Shown here piece by piece: positions 20,805 through 29,777 of a DNA stretch of 35,704 nt. Source of the DNA: an uncultured Megasphaera sp. (GTDB lineage: Bacteria > Bacillota > Negativicutes > Veillonellales > Megasphaeraceae). Positions within the stretch are counted from its first letter, which is position 1; every line of letters begins with the position of its first letter. Below the pieces are notes generated by a model. That model searched no databases and was not told the origin of the DNA. It was given only the letters and a program-made list of their open reading frames with translations. The stretch is from assembly GCA_937895695.1 (NCBI GenBank), contig CALBLM010000192.1, positions 1-35,704 on the forward strand. The letters run 5' to 3'. Position numbers and translations under genes: made by a program.

Positions 20805-23087
20805 ATGATTCAATTATATAAGGGCGGTGCGTATTTGATTCATGGTACAGATATTGTACCAGAACAAGAAGCGGTCAAGGTAGAACAACTTACTGGAAAG
20901 AAGCCTAATCGGGATGAAGCCCGTAAAGGAACGATTGCCTATTCGATTTTAAAAGCTCATAATACATCGGATACTATGGAGCATTTAAAAATTAAATTTG
21001 ATGCAATGGCATCCCATGATATTACCTTTGTCGGTATTATTCAGACAGCCAAAGCGTCTGGAATGGAACGATTTCCTCTGCCTTATGTACTGACAAACTG
21101 CCATAATTCTCTTTGTGCTGTCGGTGGTACGATTAATGAAGATGACCATGTATTTGGCTTATCGGCAGCTAAAAAATATGGTGGCATTTTTGTTCCGCCT
21201 CATGTTGCTGTTATTCATCAGTACATGCGTGAAAAAATGGCAGGATGCGGAAAAATGATTATTGGTTCCGACAGCCATACTCGCTATGGCGCACTGGGCA
21301 CGATGGCCGTAGGTGAAGGCGGCGGTGAACTGGTAAAACAGTTACTGTGTGATACGTACGATGTAGCATATCCAGGCGTTATCGGTGTATACTTAACAGG
21401 CAAACCCAATCCGGCTGTTGGTCCCCATGATATTGCCATTGCTATTGTCGGTGCTGTATTTAAAAATGGGTACGTTAAAAATAAAGTTATGGAATTTGTA
21501 GGCCCCGGCGTTGCGTCTATGTCTACAGATTATCGTAATAGTGTTGATGTTATGACTACAGAAACGACGTGTCTGTCATCTGTATGGCGGACCGATGAAG
21601 ATACGAAAGCCTATTTAACACAACACGGTCGTCCTCAGGATTATAAAGAATTAAATCCGGCTGATGTTGCTTATTATGATGGCATGATTTACATTGACTT
21701 GAGTACTATTAAGCCGATGATTGCTATGCCAATGCATCCGAGCAATGCTTTTACGATTGATGAATTAAATGCGAATTTGGAAGATATTTTGCATGAAACG
21801 GAAGAAAATATTAAAAGCCGCATGAGCAATACAGATATTCCGTTTAGTTTAACGGATAAGATTGTGAACGGTAAATTACAAGTACAGCAAGGGATTATTG
21901 CTGGTTGTGCCGGTGGTAATTATACGAATGTCATGGCAGCAGCACATATTTTGAAACATGCCAGCTGTGGAAATGGCGTATTTACATTAGATGTATATCC
22001 GTCATCTATGCCGGTATATATGGATTTGGTGCGTAAAGGGGCAGCAGCTGATTTAATGGCTGCCGGAGCCATTATGAAGACAGCATTCTGCGGACCCTGT
22101 TTTGGTGCCGGAGATACACCGGCGAATAATGCCTTTAGTATTCGTCATACGACGCGTAATTTCCCGAATCGTGAAGGTTCTAAACCGGGCAACGGGCAAT
22201 TTTCGGCAGTAGCCTTGATGGATGCTCGGTCTATTGCAGCAACAGCTGCGAATGGCGGTGTCTTAACATCTGCTGACGGCTATATGGATGATTATACAGA
22301 AGCACCTTATGAATACGATAATACAGCTTACGAATCCCGCGTATACCAAGGATTTGGAAAAGCCGAAGAAAATGCTTCCTTAGTATATGGCCCGAATATT
22401 AAAGACTGGCCGTCCATGGAAGCATTGGCAGATAATATTTTATTGAAAGTTTGCTCTAAAATCATGGATCCCGTTACGACGACAGATGAATTGATTCCGT
22501 CGGGAGAAACGTCTTCCTATCGTTCTAATCCGTTGGGATTGGCTGAATTTACGTTATCACGCCGTGACCCAGATTATGTGGGACGGGCGAAAGAAATCGA
22601 TAAGGCTGAACGGGCACGCATGGCTGGACAATGTCCGGCAGCTGTGGAACCACAACTTAAAGATGTTTTTGCAAAATTAAAGGAAACATTTGCCGATGCC
22701 GATATGTCTCAAGTGGAAATTGGCAGTATGATTTATTGTGTAAAACCGGGAGATGGTTCAGCCCGTGAACAAGCAGCCAGCTGCCAGCGTGTCTTGGGCG
22801 GATTGGCAAATATCTGCAAAGAATATGCAACCAAACGATATCGTTCCAATGTGATTAACTGGGGGATGTTGCCATTCCAAATGAAAGAAGATGCATCTTT
22901 TGAAGTCGGTGATTACATTTATGTACCGCATGTAAAAGAAGCGTTAGATGGTGATATGAAAGATATCAAAGCCTACGTCGTAGGGGATACAATTCGAGAA
23001 ATCTCGTTATATATTACGGATATGACAGAAGATGAAAAACAAATCGTTAAAGCAGGATGCTTAATTAATTTTAACCGCAACAGATAA
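20805..23087 (+). CDS. Aconitate hydratase (YbhJ-like subfamily)
   Basis: [29 protein letters not shown] (Fe-S Cys), [17 protein letters not shown]. Start moved to ATG 20805 behind GAGGAGG. Confidence 0.9.
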   Translation: MIQLYKGGAYLIHGTDIVPEQEAVKVEQLTGKKPNRDEARKGTIAYSILKAHNTSDTMEHLKIKFDAMASHDITFVGIIQTAKASGMERFPLPYVLTNCHNSLCAVGGTINEDDHVFGLSAAKKYGGIFVPPHVAVIHQYMREKMAGCGKMIIGSDSHTRYGALGTMAVGEGGGELVKQLLCDTYDVAYPGVIGVYLTGKPNPAVGPHDIAIAIVGAVFKNGYVKNKVMEFVGPGVASMSTDYRNSVDVMTTETTCLSSVWRTDEDTKAYLTQHGRPQDYKELNPADVAYYDGMIYIDLSTIKPMIAMPMHPSNAFTIDELNANLEDILHETEENIKSRMSNTDIPFSLTDKIVNGKLQVQQGIIAGCAGGNYTNVMAAAHILKHASCGNGVFTLDVYPSSMPVYMDLVRKGAAADLMAAGAIMKTAFCGPCFGAGDTPANNAFSIRHTTRNFPNREGSKPGNGQFSAVALMDARSIAATAANGGVLTSADGYMDDYTEAPYEYDNTAYESRVYQGFGKAEENASLVYGPNIKDWPSMEALADNILLKVCSKIMDPVTTTDELIPSGETSSYRSNPLGLAEFTLSRRDPDYVGRAKEIDKAERARMAGQCPAAVEPQLKDVFAKLKETFADADMSQVEIGSMIYCVKPGDGSAREQAASCQRVLGGLANICKEYATKRYRSNVINWGMLPFQMKEDASFEVGDYIYVPHVKEALDGDMKDIKAYVVGDTIREISLYITDMTEDEKQIVKAGCLINFNRNR

Positions 23088-23123
23088 GAATAGGATAGTA
23101 TAAAAAATACAAAGCCCATGCTC

Positions 23124-23975
23124 TCATTCGAGAAGATGGGCTTTTGTCATATGTGGAACGCCTTTTTTGGGCGATTGACCATATTGTTTTTTCCATGCTC
23201 TATAAAATGTAGAATATTGTTTGAAACCACTGTCATAGCAGATTGTCGTAAGCGGAAGTTGTTGTTTCATGAGCTCGCGAGCCAATAACAGACGTTTCGT
23301 TGTAATATAAGTGCCCAAGGTTTGCCCTGTTTCTTCTTTAAATACATGCATTAGATAATCGGGACTCATATAAAATTGACTGGCAATCACCGGAATAGAT
23401 AGATTTTCAGTAAGATGATTGTGAATATATTGCAGGATCCGTAATATTTTTTCATTCTGGTTGCCCGTTTTTACATACCCAATATGATGCGTTTCCAAGG
23501 CATCGGCTAAATAAAGTAAAAACTCTAAAAAAAGCGTTTCTTCCAATACGTGATGACGAGAAGTTTTATACTGCGTACTGCATACTTGTCGTAAGCGGCT
23601 GGAAACGCCGTACAGAGATCCTGTTTCCGGTGGCTGTCGTAAAACTGATGAAGAAGATTTAAAAATAGATGCTAACTGGCAGCCTTTATGATCATATTGT
23701 TGTAAATAGTCTGAAGAAATATACGCAATAATACGTTCGTATACTGCATCGTCATGAATTATTGGACGATGCATCTGACCGGCTCGAACAACAACAATAT
23801 CGTATGGTTGCAGGGAATAGGATTTTCCCTCTATTTCATATGTGACATGGCCTTGTAAAAACAGTGTGATTTTGTCAAAGCCATGATAATGATAGGGACA
23901 TTCCCATTCTTTTTTATCGATGACATAAAAAATCTTTAGAGGTTCTTTTAAATATCCCGTTGGTTTTTTCATCAT
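23124..23975 (-). CDS. AraC-family regulator with cupin sensor domain
   Basis: YHYH...HRP cupin; YIHNHLTE...FKEETG...SGFKQYSTFYRAWKK. Start moved to ATG 23975 behind GGGAGG. Confidence 0.92.
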   Translation of the reverse strand: MMKKPTGYLKEPLKIFYVIDKKEWECPYHYHGFDKITLFLQGHVTYEIEGKSYSLQPYDIVVVRAGQMHRPIIHDDAVYERIIAYISSDYLQQYDHKGCQLASIFKSSSSVLRQPPETGSLYGVSSRLRQVCSTQYKTSRHHVLEETLFLEFLLYLADALETHHIGYVKTGNQNEKILRILQYIHNHLTENLSIPVIASQFYMSPDYLMHVFKEETGQTLGTYITTKRLLLARELMKQQLPLTTICYDSGFKQYSTFYRAWKKQYGQSPKKGVPHMTKAHLLE

Positions 23976-24104
23976 ATATCCTCCCAATATAACAGGATTT
24001 GCAATAAGTATAGCATTTTTTTTATATAATCGCTATTTTCCGTTGTATATAATAAGAAATGAAAGACGTATTTGTTTGTTGTTCCCATAAAGGAGGACGC
24101 GAGT

Positions 24105-24944
24105 ATGAAGTTTGTAAAAATGCATGGCTTAGGCAATGATTTTGTATTTATTGAAGATAAAGAAGGAGCCAATAAAGATTTTTCTCAGTTGGCAGTTAAA
24201 ATGTGTGCACAGCATACCGGTGTTGGTGCAGATGGGTTAATCGTGATTGTTCCTAGTGAAAAAGCGGATGTACGGATGCGCATTATCAATGCAGATGGCA
24301 GTGAAGCTGAAATGTGCGGCAATGGTATTCGTTGCTTTGCTAAATACGTATACGATCATGGAATTATTACAAAAAAAGAATTTGCTGTCGAAACGTTAGC
24401 AGGTATTATGAAACCGAAAGTTACTGTAGGTGATGATGGTAAAGTCAGCTTAGTTACGATTAATATGGGAAAACCCTTTACAGACAGAGCACAAATTCCG
24501 ATGGAAGGGCCTGCGGGACCGGTTATTGATGAACCGATTGAAATTGATGGCAAAACATATAAAATTACGAGTTTGTTGATGGGTGTGCCCCATACGATGA
24601 CCTATGTTCGTAATGTAGATGATGTCAATCTGCGTGAATTGGGACCGAAATTTGAAACTTATAAAGCCTTTCCGCGTAAAACGAATATGAACTTTATTCA
24701 AGTTATTGACAATCACACGATTAAAGTCCATACATGGGAACGAGGAGCTGGCGCAACGCTAGCCTGCGGTACCGGATCGTGTGCCTGCGCTGTTGGTTCG
24801 TACCTTAATGGATTTACAGGACGCAGTGTCGATGTACAGTTATATTTGGGTACTCTTCATATTGAATATAATGAAGAAGATGGCAATGTATATATGACTG
24901 GTCCAGCAGCCGTTACTTTTACAGGAGATTGGCTCGAAGAATAA
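24105..24944 (+). CDS. dapF: Diaminopimelate epimerase
   Basis: KMHGLGNDF, NADGSEAEMCGNGIRC, WERGAGATLACGTG. Start moved to ATG 24105 behind AAAGGAGG. Confidence 0.97.
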   Translation: MKFVKMHGLGNDFVFIEDKEGANKDFSQLAVKMCAQHTGVGADGLIVIVPSEKADVRMRIINADGSEAEMCGNGIRCFAKYVYDHGIITKKEFAVETLAGIMKPKVTVGDDGKVSLVTINMGKPFTDRAQIPMEGPAGPVIDEPIEIDGKTYKITSLLMGVPHTMTYVRNVDDVNLRELGPKFETYKAFPRKTNMNFIQVIDNHTIKVHTWERGAGATLACGTGSCACAVGSYLNGFTGRSVDVQLYLGTLHIEYNEEDGNVYMTGPAAVTFTGDWLEE

Positions 24945-24957
24945 GCGTATAATAGTC

Positions 24958-24989
24958 ACTAGGCGTGTGAAAACACGCCTAGTTTTTTT
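24958..24989 (+). terminator. Rho-independent terminator after dapF
   Basis: actaggcgtgt-gaaa-acacgcctagt followed by a T-run. Confidence 0.9.
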
Positions 24990-25010
24990 GTAAAAAAATA
25001 AGAAAAATTA

Positions 25011-25037
25011 TTAGCACTCCATTGACAAGAGTGCTAA
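25011..25037. promoter_or_regulatory. CIRCE element (HrcA operator)
   Basis: Perfect TTAGCACTC-N9-GAGTGCTAA upstream of the Hsp20 genes. Confidence 0.96.
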
Positions 25038-25050
25038 TGGGACATATAAT
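25022..25050 (+). promoter_or_regulatory. Consensus SigA promoter of the hsp20 operon
   Basis: TTGACA (inside the CIRCE spacer)-17 bp-TATAAT. Confidence 0.9.
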
Positions 25051-25171
25051 GTATATGTAATCGGAAAGAGGTTACAAAGAAGATATGCTTAAAAGTCAAA
25101 AGAATAAAAAGACTAAAGAACAAACTTCTTACCGATGTTATTTTTAAGTATGTATTTGAGAGAAGGGTTTT

Positions 25172-25615
25172 ATGATGAAAAGCTTATTTCCAGTAACAAA
25201 CAATGATTTCTTATTTCCAGATCATGTATTTAACAGCTTCTTCAATGATTTCATGAAACCGTCTGATGGTTCCTATAGCATTCCTAAAGTTGATATTGAA
25301 GATACTGATAAGGCCTACGTTTTAACAACGGATTTGCCGGGTATCGCTAAAGAAGATATCAACGTTACATATGATAATAATGTCTTGACCTTGTCTGCTA
25401 AACATGAAGAAAGTAAAGAAGAAAAAGATGCGAAAGACAAGAAAAATTATATTCGTAAAGAACGTAGCAGCAATGTGTTCTGCCGTCAATTTAGTGTACA
25501 GAATATTCAAAAAGAAGGTATTCAGGCTAACTTTAAAGACGGTGTTTTGACGATTGTTATGCCGAAAGAAGATCCTAAGAAAGTAGCAGAAAGTCATCGA
25601 ATTGCTGTTCAGTAA
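25172..25615 (+). CDS. Hsp20/alpha-crystallin small heat-shock protein (copy 1)
   Basis: PKVDIED...DLPGIAKEDI...YIRKER...FKDGVLTIVMPK; C-terminal IAV motif. Confidence 0.95.
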   Translation: MMKSLFPVTNNDFLFPDHVFNSFFNDFMKPSDGSYSIPKVDIEDTDKAYVLTTDLPGIAKEDINVTYDNNVLTLSAKHEESKEEKDAKDKKNYIRKERSSNVFCRQFSVQNIQKEGIQANFKDGVLTIVMPKEDPKKVAESHRIAVQ

Positions 25616-25662
25616 TTGATAATTATATATAGTTTGTATAATGAAAAAAGAAGGTATGCGTT

Positions 25663-26097
25663 ATGACTAGCTTATTTCCTGTTGTAAATACAAATGACTT
25701 TGCTGTTCCTGATGTTTTTGATAATTTCTTCAACAACTTTATGTGGCCGGCAGATAGCTCGTATAACGTACCTAAAGTTGATATTGAAGATAAAGGTGAT
25801 GCATATGTGATGAAAGCAGATATGCCGGGCGTTGCTAAAGAAGATATTAACCTGACCTATGATAATGATGTCTTGACATTATCTGCTTCTCATGTGGAAC
25901 ACAAAGACGAACAAGATGAACAGAAAAATTATATCCGCAAAGAACGGATGAGCACGTCATTTTGCCGTCAGTTTCCGGTCAGCGGTATTCAAAAAGAAGG
26001 GATTCAAGCAGCCTTTGAAAACGGTGTCTTGACCATTACTCTTCCTAAAGAAAAAACACAGACTACAGAACCGCAGCACACGATTGAAATTCAGTAA
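25663..26097 (+). CDS. Hsp20/alpha-crystallin small heat-shock protein (copy 2)
   Basis: PKVDIED...DMPGVAKEDI...YIRKER...FENGVLTITLPK; C-terminal IEI motif. Confidence 0.95.
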   Translation: MTSLFPVVNTNDFAVPDVFDNFFNNFMWPADSSYNVPKVDIEDKGDAYVMKADMPGVAKEDINLTYDNDVLTLSASHVEHKDEQDEQKNYIRKERMSTSFCRQFPVSGIQKEGIQAAFENGVLTITLPKEKTQTTEPQHTIEIQ

Positions 26098-26144
26098 GTA
26101 ACTATTCTCAAGTGACGAATCGTATTCTCTGATTTCTCCTGCAG

Positions 26145-26176
26145 ACAGCCGGACCTACCAAGGTTCGGCTGTTTTT
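26145..26176 (+). terminator. Terminator of the hsp20 operon
   Basis: acagccggacct-acca-aggttcggctgt followed by a T-run. Confidence 0.8.
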
Positions 26177-26217
26177 GCTATACTACATATAACATTCAGT
26201 AAATAAAGGATAAAAAA

Positions 26218-27357
26218 ATGAAACGAAATCAAACACTTTATCAAGGGTATTTTATAGATAGACCGAATCGGTTTATAGCGCATGTAGAACTCGATGGCAA
26301 TATTGTTGTTTGTCATATGCCCAATCCGGGCCGTATGTGGGAATTATTATTTCCCCGTGTTCCCGTATACCTTCGCAAAGCTGAACAACCAGGCAGAAAA
26401 ACAGGATATGATATCGTAGGAATTGAACGGGATGGAATGCCTGTGTTATTAGATACACAATATAATAATGATACAGCAGCTTGGTTGGTACAGCAGCATC
26501 TGATTTCTGGTTGGGAAGATTGGAATTTGCTGCGGCGGGAAGTAACCGTAGGCGACAGCCGGTTTGACTTATTGCTTTGCCGTCAAGAAGAATTGTTTTA
26601 TGTCGAAGTAAAATCATGTACATTGTTTGGAAAAGAAGGAGCCATGTTTCCCGATGCAGTAACCGAACGAGGAAGAAAACATATTTTAGAATTAGCATCT
26701 ATGCATCAACGTGGAATTCATACAGGCGTGTTATTTTTAGTCCATTGGGACAAAGCACAATGGTTTTTACCGGACTATCATACAGATCCGGCATTTGCTA
26801 GTGCGTTTGCCGATGTGGCTCCTATGCTGGATTGGAAGGCCTTGGCAGTGCGTTGGGATGCGTCCTTTACGACACCGACGCCGGTACGATTGTTAGCATA
26901 TCCGGAAACAATTCTTCGACAAGAAAATGAAGATCGTGGCGATTATATGATTGTCATGTACCTGGAACAGGATGCAGATATAGAGATTGGTGCCTTGGGA
27001 AGCAAACATTTTCCACATGGATATTACGTATATACAGGCTCAGCTAGAAAAAATATGTCGGCACGAATTGCACGGCATCAGCGAAAACGGAAGCGCATGC
27101 ATTGGCATATCGATTATTTACGACAGCAATGCCAAGTGACAGCTGTGATTCCCATTCGAACAGCTGCTGATTTAGAGCATAACCTAGCGCAGGCTGTTGA
27201 TCGTATTGCTCCATGGCATATTCGAGGGTTTGGCTGTACGGATTGCCGTTGTGTGTCCCATCTCTTTGGATTTCATGATAATCCGATTCATTGTCGGGAT
27301 TTTATGAAACTAGTAGAAGATTTTCGCATGAATCGATTGACTGCATTGATAAAATAA
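26218..27357 (+). CDS. sfsA: SfsA nuclease fused to DUF123 (GIY-YIG/Uri) domain
   Basis: RPNRF...HMPNPGRM...SRFDLLL...EVKSCTL...FPDAVTERGRKH (SfsA), then IGALG...GYYVYTGSA...RIARH...HWHIDYL...GFGCTDCRCVSHLF (DUF123). Confidence 0.88.
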   Translation: MKRNQTLYQGYFIDRPNRFIAHVELDGNIVVCHMPNPGRMWELLFPRVPVYLRKAEQPGRKTGYDIVGIERDGMPVLLDTQYNNDTAAWLVQQHLISGWEDWNLLRREVTVGDSRFDLLLCRQEELFYVEVKSCTLFGKEGAMFPDAVTERGRKHILELASMHQRGIHTGVLFLVHWDKAQWFLPDYHTDPAFASAFADVAPMLDWKALAVRWDASFTTPTPVRLLAYPETILRQENEDRGDYMIVMYLEQDADIEIGALGSKHFPHGYYVYTGSARKNMSARIARHQRKRKRMHWHIDYLRQQCQVTAVIPIRTAADLEHNLAQAVDRIAPWHIRGFGCTDCRCVSHLFGFHDNPIHCRDFMKLVEDFRMNRLTALIK

Positions 27358-27365
27358 GCATCAAA

Positions 27366-27428
27366 ATCATACCAAAAAACACCAATGATACCTTATAGCC
27401 GGTTCATTGGTGTTTTTTTGGGTATGAT
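27366..27428. terminator. Bidirectional terminator
   Basis: atcataccaaaaaacaccaatga / tcattggtgtttttttgggtatgat between convergent genes. Confidence 0.8.
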
Positions 27429-27444
27429 GATTCAATAGTACTAA

Positions 27445-27666
27445 TTATAATACTTCAAAGGTAATGATAAAAATAACCATCAACAGTATCCCTAGTCCTA
27501 AAGAATAGGCGCAAAGCTTTTTTTCAATAGGCTGCAGTTCAAAATATTCGTCTGCATCATTGTCAAGCTGTGTTTGGTTGGTTTGTTTGCTGATTTGATT
27601 ATTTGTATGTTTGTAGTAATATTCATCGGCTGTAGATGCTGATGAAGTAATCGAATTCGTAGCCAT
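27445..27666 (-). CDS. Small single-TM protein co-transcribed with the transporter
   Basis: RBS GAAAGGAGA; acidic segment then LQPIEKKLCAYSLGLGILLMVIFIITF TM helix. Confidence 0.75.
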   Translation of the reverse strand: MATNSITSSASTADEYYYKHTNNQISKQTNQTQLDNDADEYFELQPIEKKLCAYSLGLGILLMVIFIITFEVL

Positions 27667-27699
27667 AACACATATCTCCTTTCAGAGTAAAACCATAGA

Positions 27700-29175
27700 T
27701 TAAACAGTTGGCGGTACAATACCGTGATAGAAAATATACGAAATAATGAGACCGACCCAAATAATAAAACCGACAAGAGCAATGGCATATACGCCGACGA
27801 CTCTGCCAAGACCGGCATTCCATAATTTGCGAATATTGGTTACTAAACCAATAGAGAAGAAGCAAAGACCAAAGAAAATAGCCCGCAGCAGATTTGCTTG
27901 TCCGGCACCGGCTTTGGCAGCACCGACAATATCCGGATTCGCATAGCCGGCCAAGAAAATAATGACGAGGGATGCAATAAAACCGATAATGAATTTTGGA
28001 AAGCGATCCCAAATTTCTCGCTTAGAAATTTTATCATTCGTGTTGGCAGTGGCAGTACGGCTGTTGAGGTGATATACAGACCAAACAATGGCCAAAATAA
28101 AAGACCAGACGCCGATGAAGACATCGATGAATACTTTGGAAGTCGTCGTAGCCATGAGAATCCAGCCTTCTTGATAATTAACACCAAACTGTTGCAGCGC
28201 GCTGTTGCGAATTAATGTGTCGGCAATGGCACCGGAAGCAACGGCACCGCCATCGCTTTTAACGACCAAGCCGAGCCAAGAACCGGCTACCATCGGTTCA
28301 CTAGGCAGAAAATATGCGGCAGCAAACGGCAGAATCAGCAATTCGACAGCAACAAAAACGATAATAACAGAAGCTAAAATCGTAGGAATAATTTGACGTG
28401 CTCGAATAGCGCTACCTGTAGCGATGGCAGCAGCGACACCGCAGATAGAAATACCGGAAGCCATTGGCGCAGCCCATTCAGGCGTAAATTTAAAAAACTT
28501 ACGGGCAATAAAGTATACGATAGGCCAATAAATCAGATAGGCTTCTACTACAGCACACATACCGCGAATAATTACGGTACTTGCCAGATTCATGGCACTA
28601 ATGGCTTGAATGCCAATGTTCATGCCTAAAATGACAATGCCTGTTTTGATATACCATTCCGGTTTAGCAGCATCCGAAAGAAATTTAGTAGCTTTCGGGA
28701 AAAAGTTGCCAATAATAAGGCCGGCGAGTAACGCAAATACAAAGCCTAATTCGCCTAAGCTGAGTGACCAGCCGATGTGGAAGGCTTCCCGTTTATTAGG
28801 AGTTGCAGCTAAATATGCATAATTGCCAAAAATATTTGTTAAAATAGTAATCCAATAAATGACGGTAAACCCTAAGGCAAATTTCTTTATTTTATTTCCC
28901 ATAAAATAAGCGCCGATAGAAGTAATAATTAATGTGAAAAGATACGTTGCAATCACAGAACCTGCGCCGCCGAGCCAGTAAAAGCTTTTGGAATTAGCAG
29001 CTACTGCTTTAGAGGGATCGATCCATACGCCGAATGATGTGACCCAGCCGAGTATATCTAGATTCCAAATTTTGCCTGCACCTAATGCAAAGATGAATAG
29101 TCCTAACCATACGGCCCACCAATCTTCGCTTTGCAGCAGGCTGGAACGATGTACTGTTGTTGTTTCCGTTGCCAT
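27700..29175 (-). CDS. UPF0324/YeiH-like 'putative sulfate exporter' family transporter
   Basis: SEDWWAVWLG, EWYIKTGIVILG, SGISICGVAAAIA, WDRFPKFIIGF; RBS GAGGTG. Confidence 0.85.
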   Translation of the reverse strand: MATETTTVHRSSLLQSEDWWAVWLGLFIFALGAGKIWNLDILGWVTSFGVWIDPSKAVAANSKSFYWLGGAGSVIATYLFTLIITSIGAYFMGNKIKKFALGFTVIYWITILTNIFGNYAYLAATPNKREAFHIGWSLSLGELGFVFALLAGLIIGNFFPKATKFLSDAAKPEWYIKTGIVILGMNIGIQAISAMNLASTVIIRGMCAVVEAYLIYWPIVYFIARKFFKFTPEWAAPMASGISICGVAAAIATGSAIRARQIIPTILASVIIVFVAVELLILPFAAAYFLPSEPMVAGSWLGLVVKSDGGAVASGAIADTLIRNSALQQFGVNYQEGWILMATTTSKVFIDVFIGVWSFILAIVWSVYHLNSRTATANTNDKISKREIWDRFPKFIIGFIASLVIIFLAGYANPDIVGAAKAGAGQANLLRAIFFGLCFFSIGLVTNIRKLWNAGLGRVVGVYAIALVGFIIWVGLIISYIFYHGIVPPTV

Positions 29176-29214
29176 AAAAGAACACCTCGCGTTTTTATTA
29201 TGAAAATAAGCACT

Positions 29215-29242
29215 AAAAAAGCGCCACCTATACAGATGGCGC
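29215..29242 (-). terminator. Riboswitch-controlled intrinsic terminator
   Basis: Minus strand GCGCCAUCU-GUAU-AGGUGGCGC-UUUUUU. Its 5' arm CAUCUGU is complementary to ACAGAUG at the aptamer 3' end (antiterminator). Confidence 0.85.
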
Positions 29243-29276
29243 GTATATAAACGGGCAAAGAGATACTTTGCATGCT

Positions 29277-29377
29277 GCTCATCTGTCAGGTAAAAAATCC
29301 TGCTGGAATTGGCACCGTTCCTATAGGAGGTTGCCGCAGCGTCATTAGGCCAGTCCTTCAGCTGCTCTGGATGATGA
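29277..29377 (-). ncRNA. SAM-I (S-box) riboswitch aptamer
   Basis: Minus strand UCAUCCAGAGCAGCUGAAGGACUGGCCUAAUGACGCUGCGGCAACC...GGUGCCAAUUCCAGCAG...CUGACAGAUGAG follows the S-box core, including the CUGGC/GCCA pseudoknot. Confidence 0.93.
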
Positions 29378-29413
29378 AGTGTGCAGTTTAAATTATAACT
29401 TCTTTTGTAGATG

Positions 29414-29485
29414 TTATCCGTGATGCTTGCTGCACATTCGCTGGCAGCAACAACACATGATGGTCAAATTTTTTAAGTACCCCAT
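29414..29485 (-). CDS. Putative Cys-rich leader peptide MGYLKNLTIMCCCCQRMCSKHHG
   Basis: Manual translation; RBS AAGGGGT 7 nt upstream of ATG; codons ATG TGT TGT TGC TGC; lies between the promoter and the SAM-I aptamer. Confidence 0.7.
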   Translation of the reverse strand: MGYLKNLTIMCCCCQRMCSKHHG

Positions 29486-29563
29486 AGTGAAAACCCCTTG
29501 AATATATTGTGTAATCAATAAAAACATAGAAACTAAGTAAATCACATTGCAATGTTGTAATGA

Positions 29564-29592
29564 ATAGTACAGGAATTAGATGTATTTGTCAA
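29564..29592 (-). promoter_or_regulatory. SigA promoter of the leader/riboswitch/transporter transcript
   Basis: TTGACA-17 bp-TACTAT on the minus strand. Confidence 0.75.
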
Positions 29593-29695
29593 GTGATTTC
29601 ACAAAAAAGAATACAAAAATAGTATTGTTTATACCAGCCGGAATATACTCTGTCCTCTGCAATACATAAAAAAAGAGATGTTCCTGCAGGCTATA

Positions 29696-29746
29696 TAAAA
29701 TAAACAGCGTTCCTAAAGCAAGTGAAATAATTTAGAAACGCTGTTT
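29696..29746 (-). terminator. Probable terminator after the YadA-like gene
   Basis: aaacagcgtt(c)ctaaa / tttag(a)aacgctgttt inverted repeat followed by a U-rich tract. Confidence 0.65.
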
Positions 29747-29777
29747 GTATGTAATAGGGGTGCGAGCTTGTTATTTA

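Noticed and set aside
25094..25117. CtsR-like heptad agtcaaa in the hsp20 leader
   Set aside because: Only one good heptad; there is no correctly spaced second repeat.
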